Shown piece by piece: positions 12,460 through 32,689 of a stretch of DNA of 64,000 bases. The stretch spans positions 179,012 through 243,011 of the forward strand of contig NIVC01001743.1 in assembly GCA_002269645.1 (NCBI GenBank), read 5' to 3'. Source of the stretch: Macrostomum lignano. Its lineage: Eukaryota. The translations under genes were made by a program, and so were the position numbers. The number at the start of each line of letters is the position of its first letter. The stretch's first letter is position 1. A model generated the notes under the pieces. That model ran no database searches. It saw only the letters and a program-made list of their open reading frames with translations, and was not told the DNA's origin.

Positions 12460-12769
12460 CAGACACTGAGACGGACAGTGAGACAGACACTGAGACAGGC
12501 ACTGAGACAGGCACTGAGACAGGCACTGAGACAGGCACTGAGACAGGCACTGAGACAGGCACTGAGACAGGCACTGAGACAGACACTGAGACAGGCACTG
12601 AGACAGGCACTGAGACAGGCACTGAGACAGGCACTGAGACAGGCACTGAGACAGACACTGAGACAGGCACTGAGACAGGCACTGAGACACTGAGACCTGA
12701 GACAGACACTAGACACTACGACAATTACTTAGGAGACAGACAGAAAGACAGACAGACAGACAGACAGAA

Positions 12770-12826
<57 letters not shown>
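12460..12826. repeat. 12-bp repeat GAGACAGGCACT followed by (GACA)n
   Basis: Direct. Confidence 0.95.
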
Positions 12827-13189
12827 GGATTGGTGCAGCATCTGCCGCAGCCGATATGCAGGTAATAAAATCCTAAGCCAGGCAAAGCGGTAAAAGGCAC
12901 AGCCATGCACACAGAACTTGGCGGTTGCGTACAGGGTCGCAAAGAAAAATAATGCAGCCCCTCTTCGCTTTGAACCCTCTTCGAGAGTGTATCGGACTGT
13001 CTGACCCAAATAGTGGATACTTGGCTATAGTATTATAGAGAGCCGGAGCAATGCTGAACATTCTATGCAGTGTAGTTTTTTCTGATTTGCTTCCACTCCA
13101 ATCGACTCGTTATCGTTTTCTCGCTAATTGCGCCTTAAAGCAGCAGGTTAAATGAAACTGCTGATCATTATTATTGCAAACACCCTTTC

Positions 13190-13648
13190 TCTACCCACTT
13201 CACGTCTACCCACTCCCCATCTACCCACTCCCCGTCTACCCACTCCCCGTCTACCCACTCCCCGTCTACCCACTCCCCATCTACCCACTCCCCATCTACC
13301 CACTCCCCGTCTACCCACTCCCCATCTACCAACTCCCCGTCTACCCACTCCCCGTCTACCCACTCCCCGTCTACCCACTCCCCATCTACCCACTCCCCAT
13401 CTACCCACTCCCAATCTACCCACTCCCCGTCTACCCACTCCCCATTTACCCACTCCCCCTCTACCCATTCCCCATCTACCCACTCCCCATCTACCCACTC
13501 CCCGTCTACCCACTCCCCGTCTACCCACTCCCCATCTACCCACTCCCCGTCTACCCACTCCCCATCTACCCACTCCCCATCTACCCACTCCCCATCTACC
13601 CACTCCTCGTCTACCCACTCCCCGTCTACCCACTCCCCGTCTACCCAC
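13190..13648. repeat. 15-bp minisatellite CTACCCACTCCCCRT, about 30 copies
   Basis: Direct. Confidence 0.95.
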
Positions 13649-13844
13649 CTTAATATCATCCAGATTTTTACCTATTAATAAAATAAGTTCTTACTGTAGA
13701 ATAACAAGCTGATGTATAGTTTGACTTAAATGCTCAATAGGGCTACTTGTATTTTATTCATCAGTAGTATATAAATTATAGAAAAAACGCATTTTTGTTA
13801 GCCGATATATGCGTGTACTTATTTTACTGCTTAACGGCATTGAG

Positions 13845-15290
13845 AAAAACTGCATTTGGCGCCTCTCCCTAAGCTGCATTTGGCGCCTCTCCCTAAGCTG
13901 CATTTGGCGCCTCTCCCTAAGCTGCATTTGGCGCCTCTCCCTAAGCTGCATTTGGCGCCTCTCCCTAAGCTGCATTTGGCGCCTCTCTCTAAACTGCATT
14001 TGGCGCCTCTCTCTAAACTGCATTAGGCGCCTATCCCTAAACTGCATTTGGCGCCTCTCCCTAAACAACATTTGGCGCCTCTCTCTAAACTGCATTTGGC
14101 GCCTCTCTCTAAACTGCATTTGGCGCCTCTCTCTAAACTGCATTAGGCGCCTATCCCTAAACTGCATTTGGCGCCTCTCCCTAAACAACATTTGGCGCCT
14201 CTCTCTAAACTGCATTTGGCGCCTCTCTCTAAACTGCATTTGGCGCCTCTCTCTAAACTGCATTAGGCGCCTATCCCTAAACTGCATTTGGCGCCTCTCC
14301 CTAAACAAAATTTGGCGCCTCTCTCTAAACTGCATTTGGCGCCTCTCCCTAAACAACATTTGGCGCCTCTCTCTAAACTGCATTTGGCGCCTCTCCCTAA
14401 ACAACATTTGGCGCCTCTCCCTAAACTGCATTTGGCGCCTCTCTCTAAACTGCATTTGGCGCCTCTCCCTAAACAACATTTGGCGCCTCTCTCTAAACTG
14501 CATTTGGCGCCTCTCTCTAAACTGCATTTGGCGCCTCTCTCTAAATTGCATTTGGCGCCTCTCTCTAAACTGCATTTGGCGCCTCTCTCTAAACTGCATT
14601 TGGCGCCTCTCTCTAAACTGCATTTGGCGCCTCTCTCTAAACTGCATTTGGCGCCTCTCTCTAAACTGCATTTGGCGCCTCTCTCTAAACTGCATTTGGC
14701 GCCTCTCTCTAAACTGCATTAGGCGCCTATCCCTAAACTGCATTTGGCGCCTCTCCCTAAACAACATTTGGCGCCTCTCTCTAAACTGCATTTGGCGCCT
14801 CTCTCTAAACTGCATTTGGCGCCTCTCTCTAAACTGCATTAGGCGCCTATCCCTAAACTGCATTTGGCGCCTCTCCCTAAACAACATTTGGCGCCTCTCT
14901 CTAAACTGCATTTGGCGCCTCTCTCTAAACTGCATTTGGCGCCTCTCTCTAAACTGCATTAGGCGCCTATCCCTAAACTGCATTTGGCGCCTCTCCCTAA
15001 ACAACATTTGGCGCCTCTCTCTAAACTGCATTTGGCGCCTCTCCCTAAACAACATTTGGCGCCTCTCCCTAAACTGCATTTGGCGCCTCTCTCTAAACTG
15101 CATTTGGCGCCTCTCCCTAAACAACATTTGGCGCCTCTCTCTAAACTGCATTTGGCGCCTCTCTCTAAACTGCATTTGGCGCCTCTCTCTAAACTGCATT
15201 TGGCGCCTCTCTCTAAACTGCATTTGGCGCCTCTCTCTAAACTGCATTTGGCGCCTCTCTCTAAACTGCATTTGGCGCCTCCCTCTAAAC
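13845..15290. repeat. 24-bp minisatellite AAACTGCATTTGGCGCCTCTCTCT, about 60 copies, with higher-order structure
   Basis: Direct; variant units recur with 120-bp periodicity. Confidence 0.97.
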
Positions 15291-15769
15291 GGAACTAAAC
15301 CGTATACTAAGTTTTCCTCCCCCAAGAAGAAAAATCCCAAATTAAAAAGAAACCGTAGTACTTTAATAAATATAATATTTTATTGTATATTTTACATCAT
15401 CAATTCAGAACGAATTGGTCATACGGTCGACTGCAGCAGTGCTGCAACCTGCGTGTGCCGTGCGCTCCCACCCCTGAGTGACTCATGCTGTCAACAGAAG
15501 TTCTGTTTATCCCCTTCCACAAAAATCCCATCTGATTTTCCCTATACAGCTTACTCGCTACAGGCACGGCACGGCCCCCCGCTGGGTGTTTACAAAAGTT
15601 ATGGCGCTGGCAATGGCCCCGGTGTTTTGATAGATCCCCCTCTCTACCTTGTCGCTGCTGTCAACTCTCTCCCTGCCTCTGCTCCATAGCCCTATGTGTT
15701 ACGTCACTTCCTGAGCCAAGGCAATAATGCAAGTAGTGGAATAACGGCTTTCACGACACTATATTAGAT

Positions 15770-15870
15770 ATTGGCGCCATCCAAACTGATTTGGCGCCAT
15801 CCAAACTGATTTGGCGCCATCCAAACTGATTTGGCGCCATCCAAACTGATTTGGCGCCATTCAAAACCAT
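15770..15870. repeat. 20-bp repeat GATTTGGCGCCATCCAAACT, 4-5 copies
   Basis: Direct. Confidence 0.9.
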
Positions 15871-16489
15871 TTTAGCGCCCACCAATCCTTTTTTCGACTT
15901 CACACTCCCAGGCCAAGCTGCAACAGTCTTTCAGGGTCTTCTACAGTTAACAGCTGTTGCTGTGGCCACAGATAAGAGAAAATAAAGTAAAAGTTGATAG
16001 GTTCCATCCATACTAAAGGCTCTTATCTCCTTAACAGAAAGCTCTGGGGACCACTATAGCCACGCGTTTGGGTAGTGCAGGGAAGTGGCTTATCGAAATA
16101 GGGGAAGCCGACTGCAGACTGTTTATGCCATAGGGAAATTTCCAATTTCACAAGACCAGTGCAGTTGCTGCGCAGAAGGATGACGTGTCTCTGTCTGCAC
16201 TGCCGCCCTCGCACTCTCCTCATCCCCCTCCTTTGCTCCACAGTTCTCTTCCCCATTCCTATTCCACTCCGTCTGAACCCAGACTGACCTGAACCCGAGA
16301 CATTTTTGTTTCTATTTTTGAATCGTCGTCCTTTGCTTAGCGAATTTCTACAAAAACTGAAATCTTATTGTATTTTTCTCATGTTGTTTTGGAATATTTG
16401 TCTTGGTTAGGAAATCGTTTTGCGCTACATATCGGTAGGCAAGATCAGGATGCCAACTTAATGATTTCTTGAGAGTTTTCTTGAGAGAA

Positions 16490-17065
16490 AATGGCGCCTC
16501 CTGACTCCAACAAATGGCGCGTTCTGACTCCTACAAATGGCGCCTCCTGACTCCTACAAATGGCGCCTCCTGACTCCTACAAATGGCGCCTCCTGACTCC
16601 TACAAATGGCGCCTTCTGACTCCTACAAATGGCGCCTCCTAACTCCTAAAAATGGCGCCTTCTGACTCTTAAAAATGATGCCTCTTAACTCCTACAAATG
16701 GCGGCTTCTGACTCCTAAAAATGGCGCCTCCTGACCCCTAAAAATGGCGCCTCCTGACCTCTAAAAATGGCGCCTCCTGACCCCTAAAAATGGCGCCTCC
16801 TGACTATTAAAAAATGGCGCCTTCTGACTCTTAAAAATGGCACCTCCTGACTCCTAAAAATGGCGCCTCCTGACTCCTAAAAATGGCGCCTCCTGACTCT
16901 TATAATCAACGCCTCCTGACCCCTACAAATTGCGCCTTCTGACTCTTAAAAATGGCGCCTCCTGACTCTTATAATCAACGACTCTTGACTCCTAAAAATG
17001 GCGCCTCCTGACTCCTAAAAATGGCACCTCCTGACTCTTATAATCAACGCCTCCTGACTCTCACA
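16490..17065. repeat. about 23-bp minisatellite AAATGGCGCCTCCTGACTCCTAC
   Basis: Direct; about 25 copies. Confidence 0.95.
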
Positions 17066-17515
17066 AATGGGGCTTCATGACTCCTATTTGTGTGCTTCTG
17101 ACTCACATTTCGATATCCAATATTCGGCCCTTGATTTCGAGGTCGCGTCGGGAATCGAGCTCATGACCTCTATTCGAAGCAGCCAGATTGAGCTAAATTT
17201 TTTTTCAGCCCACAGTTTTTTACTTGAACCTTGACCCCGTGGGATTATTTCCCCTTTCTCTTTCCAAGAGAGCGATATTCCGACTCATTCGACTGAAATC
17301 TCAAGTTACTAGGCCAGCCAAGCTAGAGATTCTCCTGTCCAATCCGATGGCTAAGTCGAATTTTCGATTCAAGCTTCGCCAATGGCGAAAATTGAAAGGC
17401 ACCGATTCGACCTGACCCTGTAAGCCTGTGGCTTTATAGAAGAGATGCTGTGGCTGCCCCCAACTGGCCTCCGACTTGCGTGCTTAAAATCAGACAAGGC
17501 GCTTATTGAGTCTTC

Positions 17516-25771
<8,256 letters not shown>

Positions 25772-25849
25772 GCTCAATGAGTTGTTCCCAAATGCTTAGT
25801 GATGAGTTCTTAGCTCTCAATGGTGAATTGTGAGATTTGAAAATCATAG

Positions 25850-26180
25850 GACTGTGAATCGCTAGATTGTGAATGGTAAGATTGTGAATCGCTAGATTGT
25901 GAATGGTAAGATTGTGAATCGCTAGATTGTGAATGGTAAGATTGTGAATCGCTAGATTGTGAATCGGTAGATTGTGAATGGTAAGATTGTGAATCGCTAG
26001 ATTGTGAATCGGTAGATTGTGAATGGTAAGATTGTGAATCGCTAGATTGTGAATCGCTAGATTGTAAATGGTAAGATTGTGAATCGCTAGATTTGTGAAT
26101 CGAAAGATTGTGAATCGCTAGATTTGTGAATCGAAAGATTGTGAATCGAAATATTGTGAGTCGCTAGATTTGTGAATCGC
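25850..26180. repeat. 15-bp-based repeat (AGATTGTGAAT core) downstream of the espin-like stop
   Basis: Direct. Confidence 0.9.
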
Positions 26181-26872
26181 TAGAATGGTAAGACCGTGAA
26201 CCGTGTGACTGTTAATCAAAATCTGTGAAGCAAAGCTCGTTAGTTACTGTGAACAAAAAGAGCTAATTATTCGAAACCCAGACCGTGAATCGCAGTACTT
26301 GAGCCATCATGAGCAAATTATCGTGTCGCGAAGCCGCTTGCCTTCAATTTTTAATATTTTGATTGCCCATTGATCAAATTTTGACTCACTAATGATAAAA
26401 TTTCATCCAACATGCATCGATGCTCTTATTCGATTCTGCAAAAAGTGAATCAGTTTCCTCATTCTTCTCACAAATTTAAATTCAATCTTTGCATGCTCGT
26501 TAAAACAAAAAATGCAAACTAAATTAGTTAATAAATTATTTGTTTGATCTTGTCACGTAAATTTTCCCTTTAATTATTCAATGTCATTGGTAATTTGCGG
26601 AATTCTGATTCAACAGTTTTTTATCTAAACAGAAATTTCAGAAGTTTTGCTTTTTTAAAACTTTTCTATCGTGAAATTTTCTGGCCAGTGCTTTTTCTGA
26701 ATGGCTGGGTCCAAATTTTTCTAAAAATGATAACAAGCCATCTTTAGCAATGCTCGCAAACTGTTTGATTTAAAATATTCAAATACACTGTACATCCATC
26801 ACTGCAATGACGCTCTGAAATACTTTAATTGTTCAAGAATTTCTAAAAATTCTTCTTATCCTTTCGAATCTT

Positions 26873-27050
26873 CATCACCTGGGAAATCCCAGTCTCCATC
26901 ACCTGGGAAATCTCAGCCTCAATCACCTGGGAAATCTCAGCCTCAATCACCTGGGAAATCCCAGCCTCCATCACCTGGGAAATCTCAGTCTCCATCACCT
27001 GGGAAATCCCAGTCTCCATCACCTGGGAAATCCCAGTCTCTATTATCTGG
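26873..27050. repeat. 24-bp repeat CATCACCTGGGAAATCCCAGTCTC, about 7 copies
   Basis: Direct. Confidence 0.9.
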
Positions 27051-27214
27051 GAATGGCAGTCTCCGCAACTCAAATCTGTGAATCCCAACACTCAATCCCA
27101 ATTGGCTAAGTGAATTTCCGTCCAATGAAAACGAGCCGATGTATTTGAAAAATTTATATACTGCGATCTCCCGCAACAGTGGCAGCTTTTGTGTCAGCAG
27201 CAACAGCTCCCACA

Positions 27215-29192
27215 ATGCCGCAAGTTAGCGTGGACCTCTGGATTTCCATCCTTTATCTGTTCAGCATTCTTTTAGTAGCTGCTTTCGCTGGCCTATTCGC
27301 GTATTTATGTATTAAGCTCACCGAACACTTCGACTTGGACTCCTCTAGGTGACGTCATTTCCGTTGTATTGCTGTGATTACATGTACAGTAACTATATAC
27401 GCCATTGGATGCATATTCCCTCCCTCCTTTTCTTCCTTTCTTCCTCCCTTCCTCCCTCCCTCGCTCCCTCCCTGCCTCCCTTCCTCCCTCCCTGCCTCCC
27501 TCCCTCCCTCCCTGCCTCCCTCCCTCCCTCCCTGCCTCCCTTCCTCCCTTCCTCCCTTCCTCCCTCCCTTCCTCCCTCCCTCCTCCCTTCTTTTCTTCCC
27601 TTCCTTCATCTCCCTCCCTCCTTTCTTTCCTCCCTCCCTCCCTTTCTTTCTCTCTTCCTGCCTTCCACCCTCTTCTTCCTTCCTTTCTTCCTCCCTTCCT
27701 TCCTCCCACCCTTCCTCCCTTCCTTCATCTCCCTCCCTTCCTTATTCTTTCCTCCCTAGCTCCCTCCTTCCTTCCTTATACCCAGCTGCAATTGGCCCAC
27801 AGCCAAGAGACCAGTAGCGTGGAAGTGGCCGATTCGAAGACAGAAGACAACGGTGCCACCTGCTGCAGCTCCATTGAACTCGATGAAAATTGCTTAAGGT
27901 GATTATCTAAGTCCTTTTGAATTTATTTGAAAATTCAATTCGAATCAATCACACGTACTATGCATGTGGAAGTTGAGCTTGGAAGTTGTTTCTATTATTT
28001 TTCAGCAAAAAATTCCCAATAATCTCGACTTCTGCAGTTTTCCGAATAAGCCAGAATTTTGCCGTCCCTAACGGGTACTCGTAAACTCAATCTTACCATT
28101 ATAAACCTACAGACATTGCGCGCGAGATAATACTTATCACGAGTTGAAAATAATAGATAAAAATTCAAATTCAAATTGCAATTGCACTAAAACAAAACTG
28201 CCCCCCTTCCAGACTACTGAGAGACGAGCCGGATACGGGCGGGTCTGCTTCTGCAGCTGGAGGATCGAGTGGGCCAACGAAATATTTGCTGCATACCATA
28301 TCATTATATGAAGTTTTTGTTTATTAAAGCATAAATTTTGATTTTTAATTGCAGCGGAAGGCCGCCGCGATGCGGAGACCGCAGCCCAACGGATGGCTCT
28401 GCCGAGAAGCGAAATCGGTTTCGGGTTTGTCTCTTTAATTGCTGACTGATTCAGCCGGTTGCGTAAGATTTATTTAGTTAATCATTTTGTTACATCATCA
28501 ATAATTTATCTGATTTTAATTCTACAGAAAATCGCGACCTGAATCGCCGTTTAATTTGGATAGTAAGAAAGTTGTAATCGTTGAACTATTTTTTTATTAG
28601 TTGATTCGCTCCCATCAAAACCAGTCAACCCCTCCCCCGGCCAATCAGCCACCCCCATGTCGTCAACCCCTCCCCTGGCCAATCAGCCACCCCCAAATTG
28701 GTCAACCCCTCCCCTGGCCAATCAGCCACCCCCATGTCGTCAACCCCTCCCCCGGCCAATCAGCCACCCACATGTCGTCAACCCCTCCCCTGGCCAATCA
28801 GTCACCCCTATGTCAGTCAACCCCTCCCTCGACCAATCACTCACCCCCAAATTGGTCAACTCCTCCCCTGGCCAATCAGTCACCCCTATGTCAGTCAACC
28901 CCTCCCTCGACCAATCAGTCACCCCCAAATTAGTCAACCCCCCGGCCAATCAGCAAACCCCAAGTCAGTCAACCCCTCCCCTGGCCAAGCAGCCACTTCC
29001 GAATAAATGTCGTCTGGGATATCAATTATTTTATTTTTGGATTCGTATTTTTAATATATATGTATATATGTAATGAATATTCCAGCCCCATCGGCCACTT
29101 GTGAACGCAAAATTGGTCACAACACGTCGCGTCAATCTTACCTGAACATGCTGGCCATTGCCGAGGCCAAGGAGTTCGAAATCGAGAACTGA
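27215..29192 (+). CDS. small single-pass membrane protein (165 aa), unknown family; not in the ORF track
   Basis: Exons 27215-27348, 27803-27898, 28213-28268, 28355-28424, 28528-28562, 29086-29192; phases 2,2,1,2,1 all join (498 nt). MPQVSVD-LWISILYLFSILLVAAFAGLFAYLCI-KLTEH...RPESPFNLDTPS...RQSYLNMLAIAEAKEFEIEN*. Acceptor AG at 27178-79 upstream; AATAAA at 29295-29300. Donors GTGGGC and GTTTGT are weak. Confidence 0.65.
27415..27780. repeat. CT-rich low-complexity tract (intronic)
   Basis: (CCCT/CCTT)n-like, direct. Confidence 0.9.
28620..28990. repeat. about 39-bp minisatellite containing GGCCAATCAG (intronic)
   Basis: Unit GTCAACCCCTCCCCTGGCCAATCAGCCACCCCCATGTC, about 9-10 copies. Confidence 0.9.
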
Positions 29193-29502
29193 TTTCGGAT
29201 GGAAATCTCTGATCACCTGACTGATTAAAACTCTCTTAAGCAGACTGTTTTGGCAAAATTGAATTTAAAAAATTGGTTGCTAATAATCTGGTCAAATAAA
29301 TATGAAAATCGATTGATTAAAAAGCAAAAATGTGTTCGTCCGAAAACTAAGCATAATAAACAACATTTCCCTTGGTAATTTAAATCTACCAATTCTAAAC
29401 ATTTAACTTAACATAGGAATATCTAAGCTTCTTTTGATACCCAGGTAACCTGTTGCGCCGTCGGCGACTCCAACTGGTAGGCATTCGCGCCGAGTCGTAC
29501 TG

Positions 29503-29990
29503 CACAACAACAACAACAACAATAACAACAACAACAACAACAACAACAACGACGACAACAACAAAATACGTTGTGAATCTGCCAGTAGACAACGTTACAG
29601 GGCGCGTTTCAGGGCCTCGACGCGAACGTAGGCCGCACCATTGGCAGTGTGCGAAACGCCGAGTGCGCGCCTGCGCCCCGCCTGCAGGGTGCCTGCAGCG
29701 CCAGCAGCAGCACCTCCTGCACCGGCTGTGAGCAGTACGACTCGGCTCGGATAAAATGCTAGCTGGAGTCGCCGACGTCGCAACAGTTCTCTGGGATGGG
29801 ACAGGCCGGTTCGCGGCGATAGAGTGCCGCATTGGTGACTCGCTTGTAGCCGATCTTGAAGGCGGCGCGCAGCAGGCCAGCGTGCGCCGCATCAATCTGC
29901 TGTTCGAGCGAGTCCGTCAGCGTCCAGGTCTCGGCGTTGTACAACAGGACGATTTCGATCACCGCCTGGAACAGCGCCGCCCTCTACGCT
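29503..29990 (-). mobile_element. 5'-truncated LINE (RTE-like) 3' end with (GTT)n tail
   Basis: RAALFQAVIEIVLLYNAETWTLT...VTNAALY...LLRRRRLQLA matches the LLYG.ETW / RRRRL.W.GH tail of RTE-clade RTs; (GTT)n tail at about 29503-29560. Confidence 0.75.
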
Positions 29991-30620
29991 CATTTATACG
30001 AAGTGCTGCCTGCTGACGCTGCTTCAGCGCTGCGAGCGACTACGCGAGCGCATCAAGTATGTTGCAGAATCGTAAAAGAGTGGCGAAACCAGTCATCAAT
30101 TACAGAGCCGTTGATGAGTCTACGCTTGTAGAGTTGTTGCAAATTCGAAATGCGATTCTATTCATACAAGCTAAAGAGACTCGCAAATGCGCTTAAGACG
30201 CAACTCAGCGATTTTACAGAGACTCCAGCACGCCTCAGATACGACTCCACGGTCCCAGAGTCATTGTAGAAGCTCCCCAGGCCCAGAGTTATACTTGCGT
30301 CGCCTCAGAATCGTTTCAAAGTCGCAGACAATAAAACGCCTCAAATTGACTCAGTTGTTTTTGGCGACTTGTATACCTTGACATCTCGTCTTTTTAGAGT
30401 AATCTGGAATTAGAGTAAGTGGAATTGACAGAATTGGCAGAATCAGCTGTTGTTGTTGCTAAGTTGCACTGCACAACTGGGGCATGGATTGTATTATTTA
30501 GAAAATGATGCTCAACACTGATCTCGGATTTATTGTGACAAACATACATTTACTCGATAAACTTGTTGCTAAGGTTCTGCTGAAAATTATGAAAATAAAA
30601 TCTATACGTTCGCTTGAGCA

Positions 30621-31542
30621 TCAGCAGCAGCAGTTCTTCTTTTTATTAACCAGCGGATCTCCGCTATCCCAGGTGACGCCTCGAGCTTCGTCTGTTACAG
30701 TTGCCATGGAAACAGTGGGCGGCGGCGGCGGCGTCCCCAAATTCGCTGACACCGTCCAGGACAAGAAGTTGGCTTCCTCAGCGCAGTCGGGAAGCAGATA
30801 GTCGTCCTCTGATTGGCAGTAGATCCGCATGGCTGGACAGTTCTCCACCTCTGCGTCCGCCAGGCAGCCTGGAGCCGTTTGTCTAAAGCAGCAGCGGCAG
30901 CGCTGGACTCGGTGCCTCACCGGAGACCGGTTCGAATAGTGATGCCGACCAGAAGCTGCTGGCAGCGGCGACACTCGAGCAATGCGAAGCTCAGGGACGC
31001 GCCGACAGCAGCCGCTGGTGGCAGCCACGTGATGCTGGCGGACCGGCTGGCAGCAGCTCACGCGGCGAAGTCTTCCAGCAGCGCCTCGGTGGCTTCGGCG
31101 CCCGCGCTGCGCCTGTCGCTGGCGTCGCGGCGGCAAAGGCTGAGGCGGCGCATTCAGAGCGCTCTCCAGTTGAGACAGAAACCCCTCTGCGGCTCGAGCG
31201 GACTTCACTGAGGCAGCTTTGAAAGCCGGGATCTTAAAGATGGCGCCGAGCCAAGACTGCGGAGGCGGCGGCGGCGGAGGCGGCAGGCCGTCTACACTGG
31301 CCCTGAGTCGGCGCTTGTTGAGTTGAACTTTATTAGAATCGCCTGACCCGAAACCGGAAGTGGTGCCTGCGTGATGCATGTGAGAGAAGTTTGGTTTATT
31401 TCAGTCGTTAATTAACTCAAAATTAACTACTTAATAGTTAATGCAGTTGCTTACTTGCAGCCTTTCGCCTTCGGTGCCTGTGCAAATCCTGCCGCTGCTT
31501 GAGCAGCTCCTTGATCCGTTCGGCGAGCGCTAATGACGTCAT
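30621..31542 (-). CDS. unknown protein; two or more exons, internal frame uncertain
   Basis: Exon 1 31542-31455 (MTSLALAERIKELLKQRQDL...; donor GTAAGC); 88-nt intron; phase-1 acceptor CACGCAG; exon 2 31366-30621 is open. The C-terminal part AMRIYCQSEDDYLLPDCAEEANFLSWTVSANL looks protein-like, but the middle is Arg/Cys-rich and may be off-frame. Confidence 0.55.
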
Positions 31543-32379
31543 AAATAAATTGGTTTTTCTGGCGGTTCAACGAGACCTGCGATGCTCAAGTTATATTCAT
31601 GTAGCTCACCGTCATTCTCCTATTTGTACTGGATTCGGTTAGTCTTAAGAATTGGATGTAACGTCGGTTTTAAAATAGAGCAGAATAAGATATTAATACG
31701 AGATCTATGGGTCAAACCTACATGTAGGGGGCAAAGAGCAGCTGGTAAACGCATAACTCATATAATAGTCAATTGATTGCGTGTGTGGCCGCGTTGGTGA
31801 GGGCCAACACCAAAGAACAGAGAGTGTACTTGTACATGTACTACGATTTGAAAGTTAGGGCCAATGTACATTCATGTACACCCTATGTGAGCGTGTGTAT
31901 GGGTGCGTGACGGCGGTACAGTACTCTGCGCTTTTTATATATGTATTTATACCTCGATCACCGCTGCTGTGGGACGGTACTGTCGCTAAGACTAAGAGCG
32001 TTTTGTGCCAGAGTGCCCATGCACTGCTATGTTGTAAATTGTTTAAACCAGTTGTTTCTGGCAATCGACCTTCGAACTCGTGTGGTGACTGTATGTAAAT
32101 GTACATGTACATTTACGTTTCTAATGTATGTATTTTTGTAGTTATAAGACCTAAAGGGAGAGGCTTTAATTTGTACACCTCCGATCTTGCTTTAAGTGAC
32201 AGCTCGGATTGTGCGTTTACATATGCGATATGCTTCAGCAATTGAATATGCTGAAAAGCAAATTTCAATTGCAATTTGCTGCCTTTTCCTGCTGGCTGCT
32301 GCTACAGCAAATAAATATACATGGAAAGGGGCCTAATACCTCTGTGGAAGGGGCCTATACACTTTTCATTTATAATGCT

Positions 32380-32689
32380 CGGAGATGTTCCAAAATGTCA
32401 ATTTCAATTTTCCCAAAATCGGAATTTTTAAGAGCAAATTTTGATTACAAAAAATTCGGTAGTCAAAATTTTGTAAGTGTCTACAAAAGTGGCTAAAAAT
32501 AAAATAATATCTGTTATATATACATGTATTTTGTTTTCATAAAACGTAAATTAAACGTAAAAGAAGTGAGTGTTAGTCATAGTAAACTTTGTTTTTCTGA
32601 GTTTTGATTTCGGAAAATTTTAATTTTGATTTCGGAAAGTTAGCGAATTTCGATTTCGACAGAAGATGCTCGCTTTCAAAACATCTCTA
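32380..32689. mobile_element. hAT-type MITE, 310 bp
   Basis: TIR CGGAGATGTT / AACATCTCTA; perfect 8-bp TSD ATAATGCT at 32372-32379 and 32690-32697. Confidence 0.8.

Noticed and set aside
12827-12861. Possible micro-exon between (GACA)n and GTAATA; also 15408-15451
   Set aside because: No consistent phase link to neighbouring exons.
13754-15689. 528-626 aa ORFs (NCIWRLSL and MQFRERRQ repeats)
   Set aside because: Translations of the 24-bp minisatellite; open on both strands because the unit lacks stops; no splice or domain support.
30813-30860. Ankyrin-like GWTVLHLC on the + strand
   Set aside because: Antisense shadow of the minus-strand gene; no second repeat and no splice support.
31534-31541. 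CRE palindrome TGACGTCA (also 27350 and 43839)
   Set aside because: Overlaps a start codon or splice donor, or lies in an intron; expected by chance in 64 kb.
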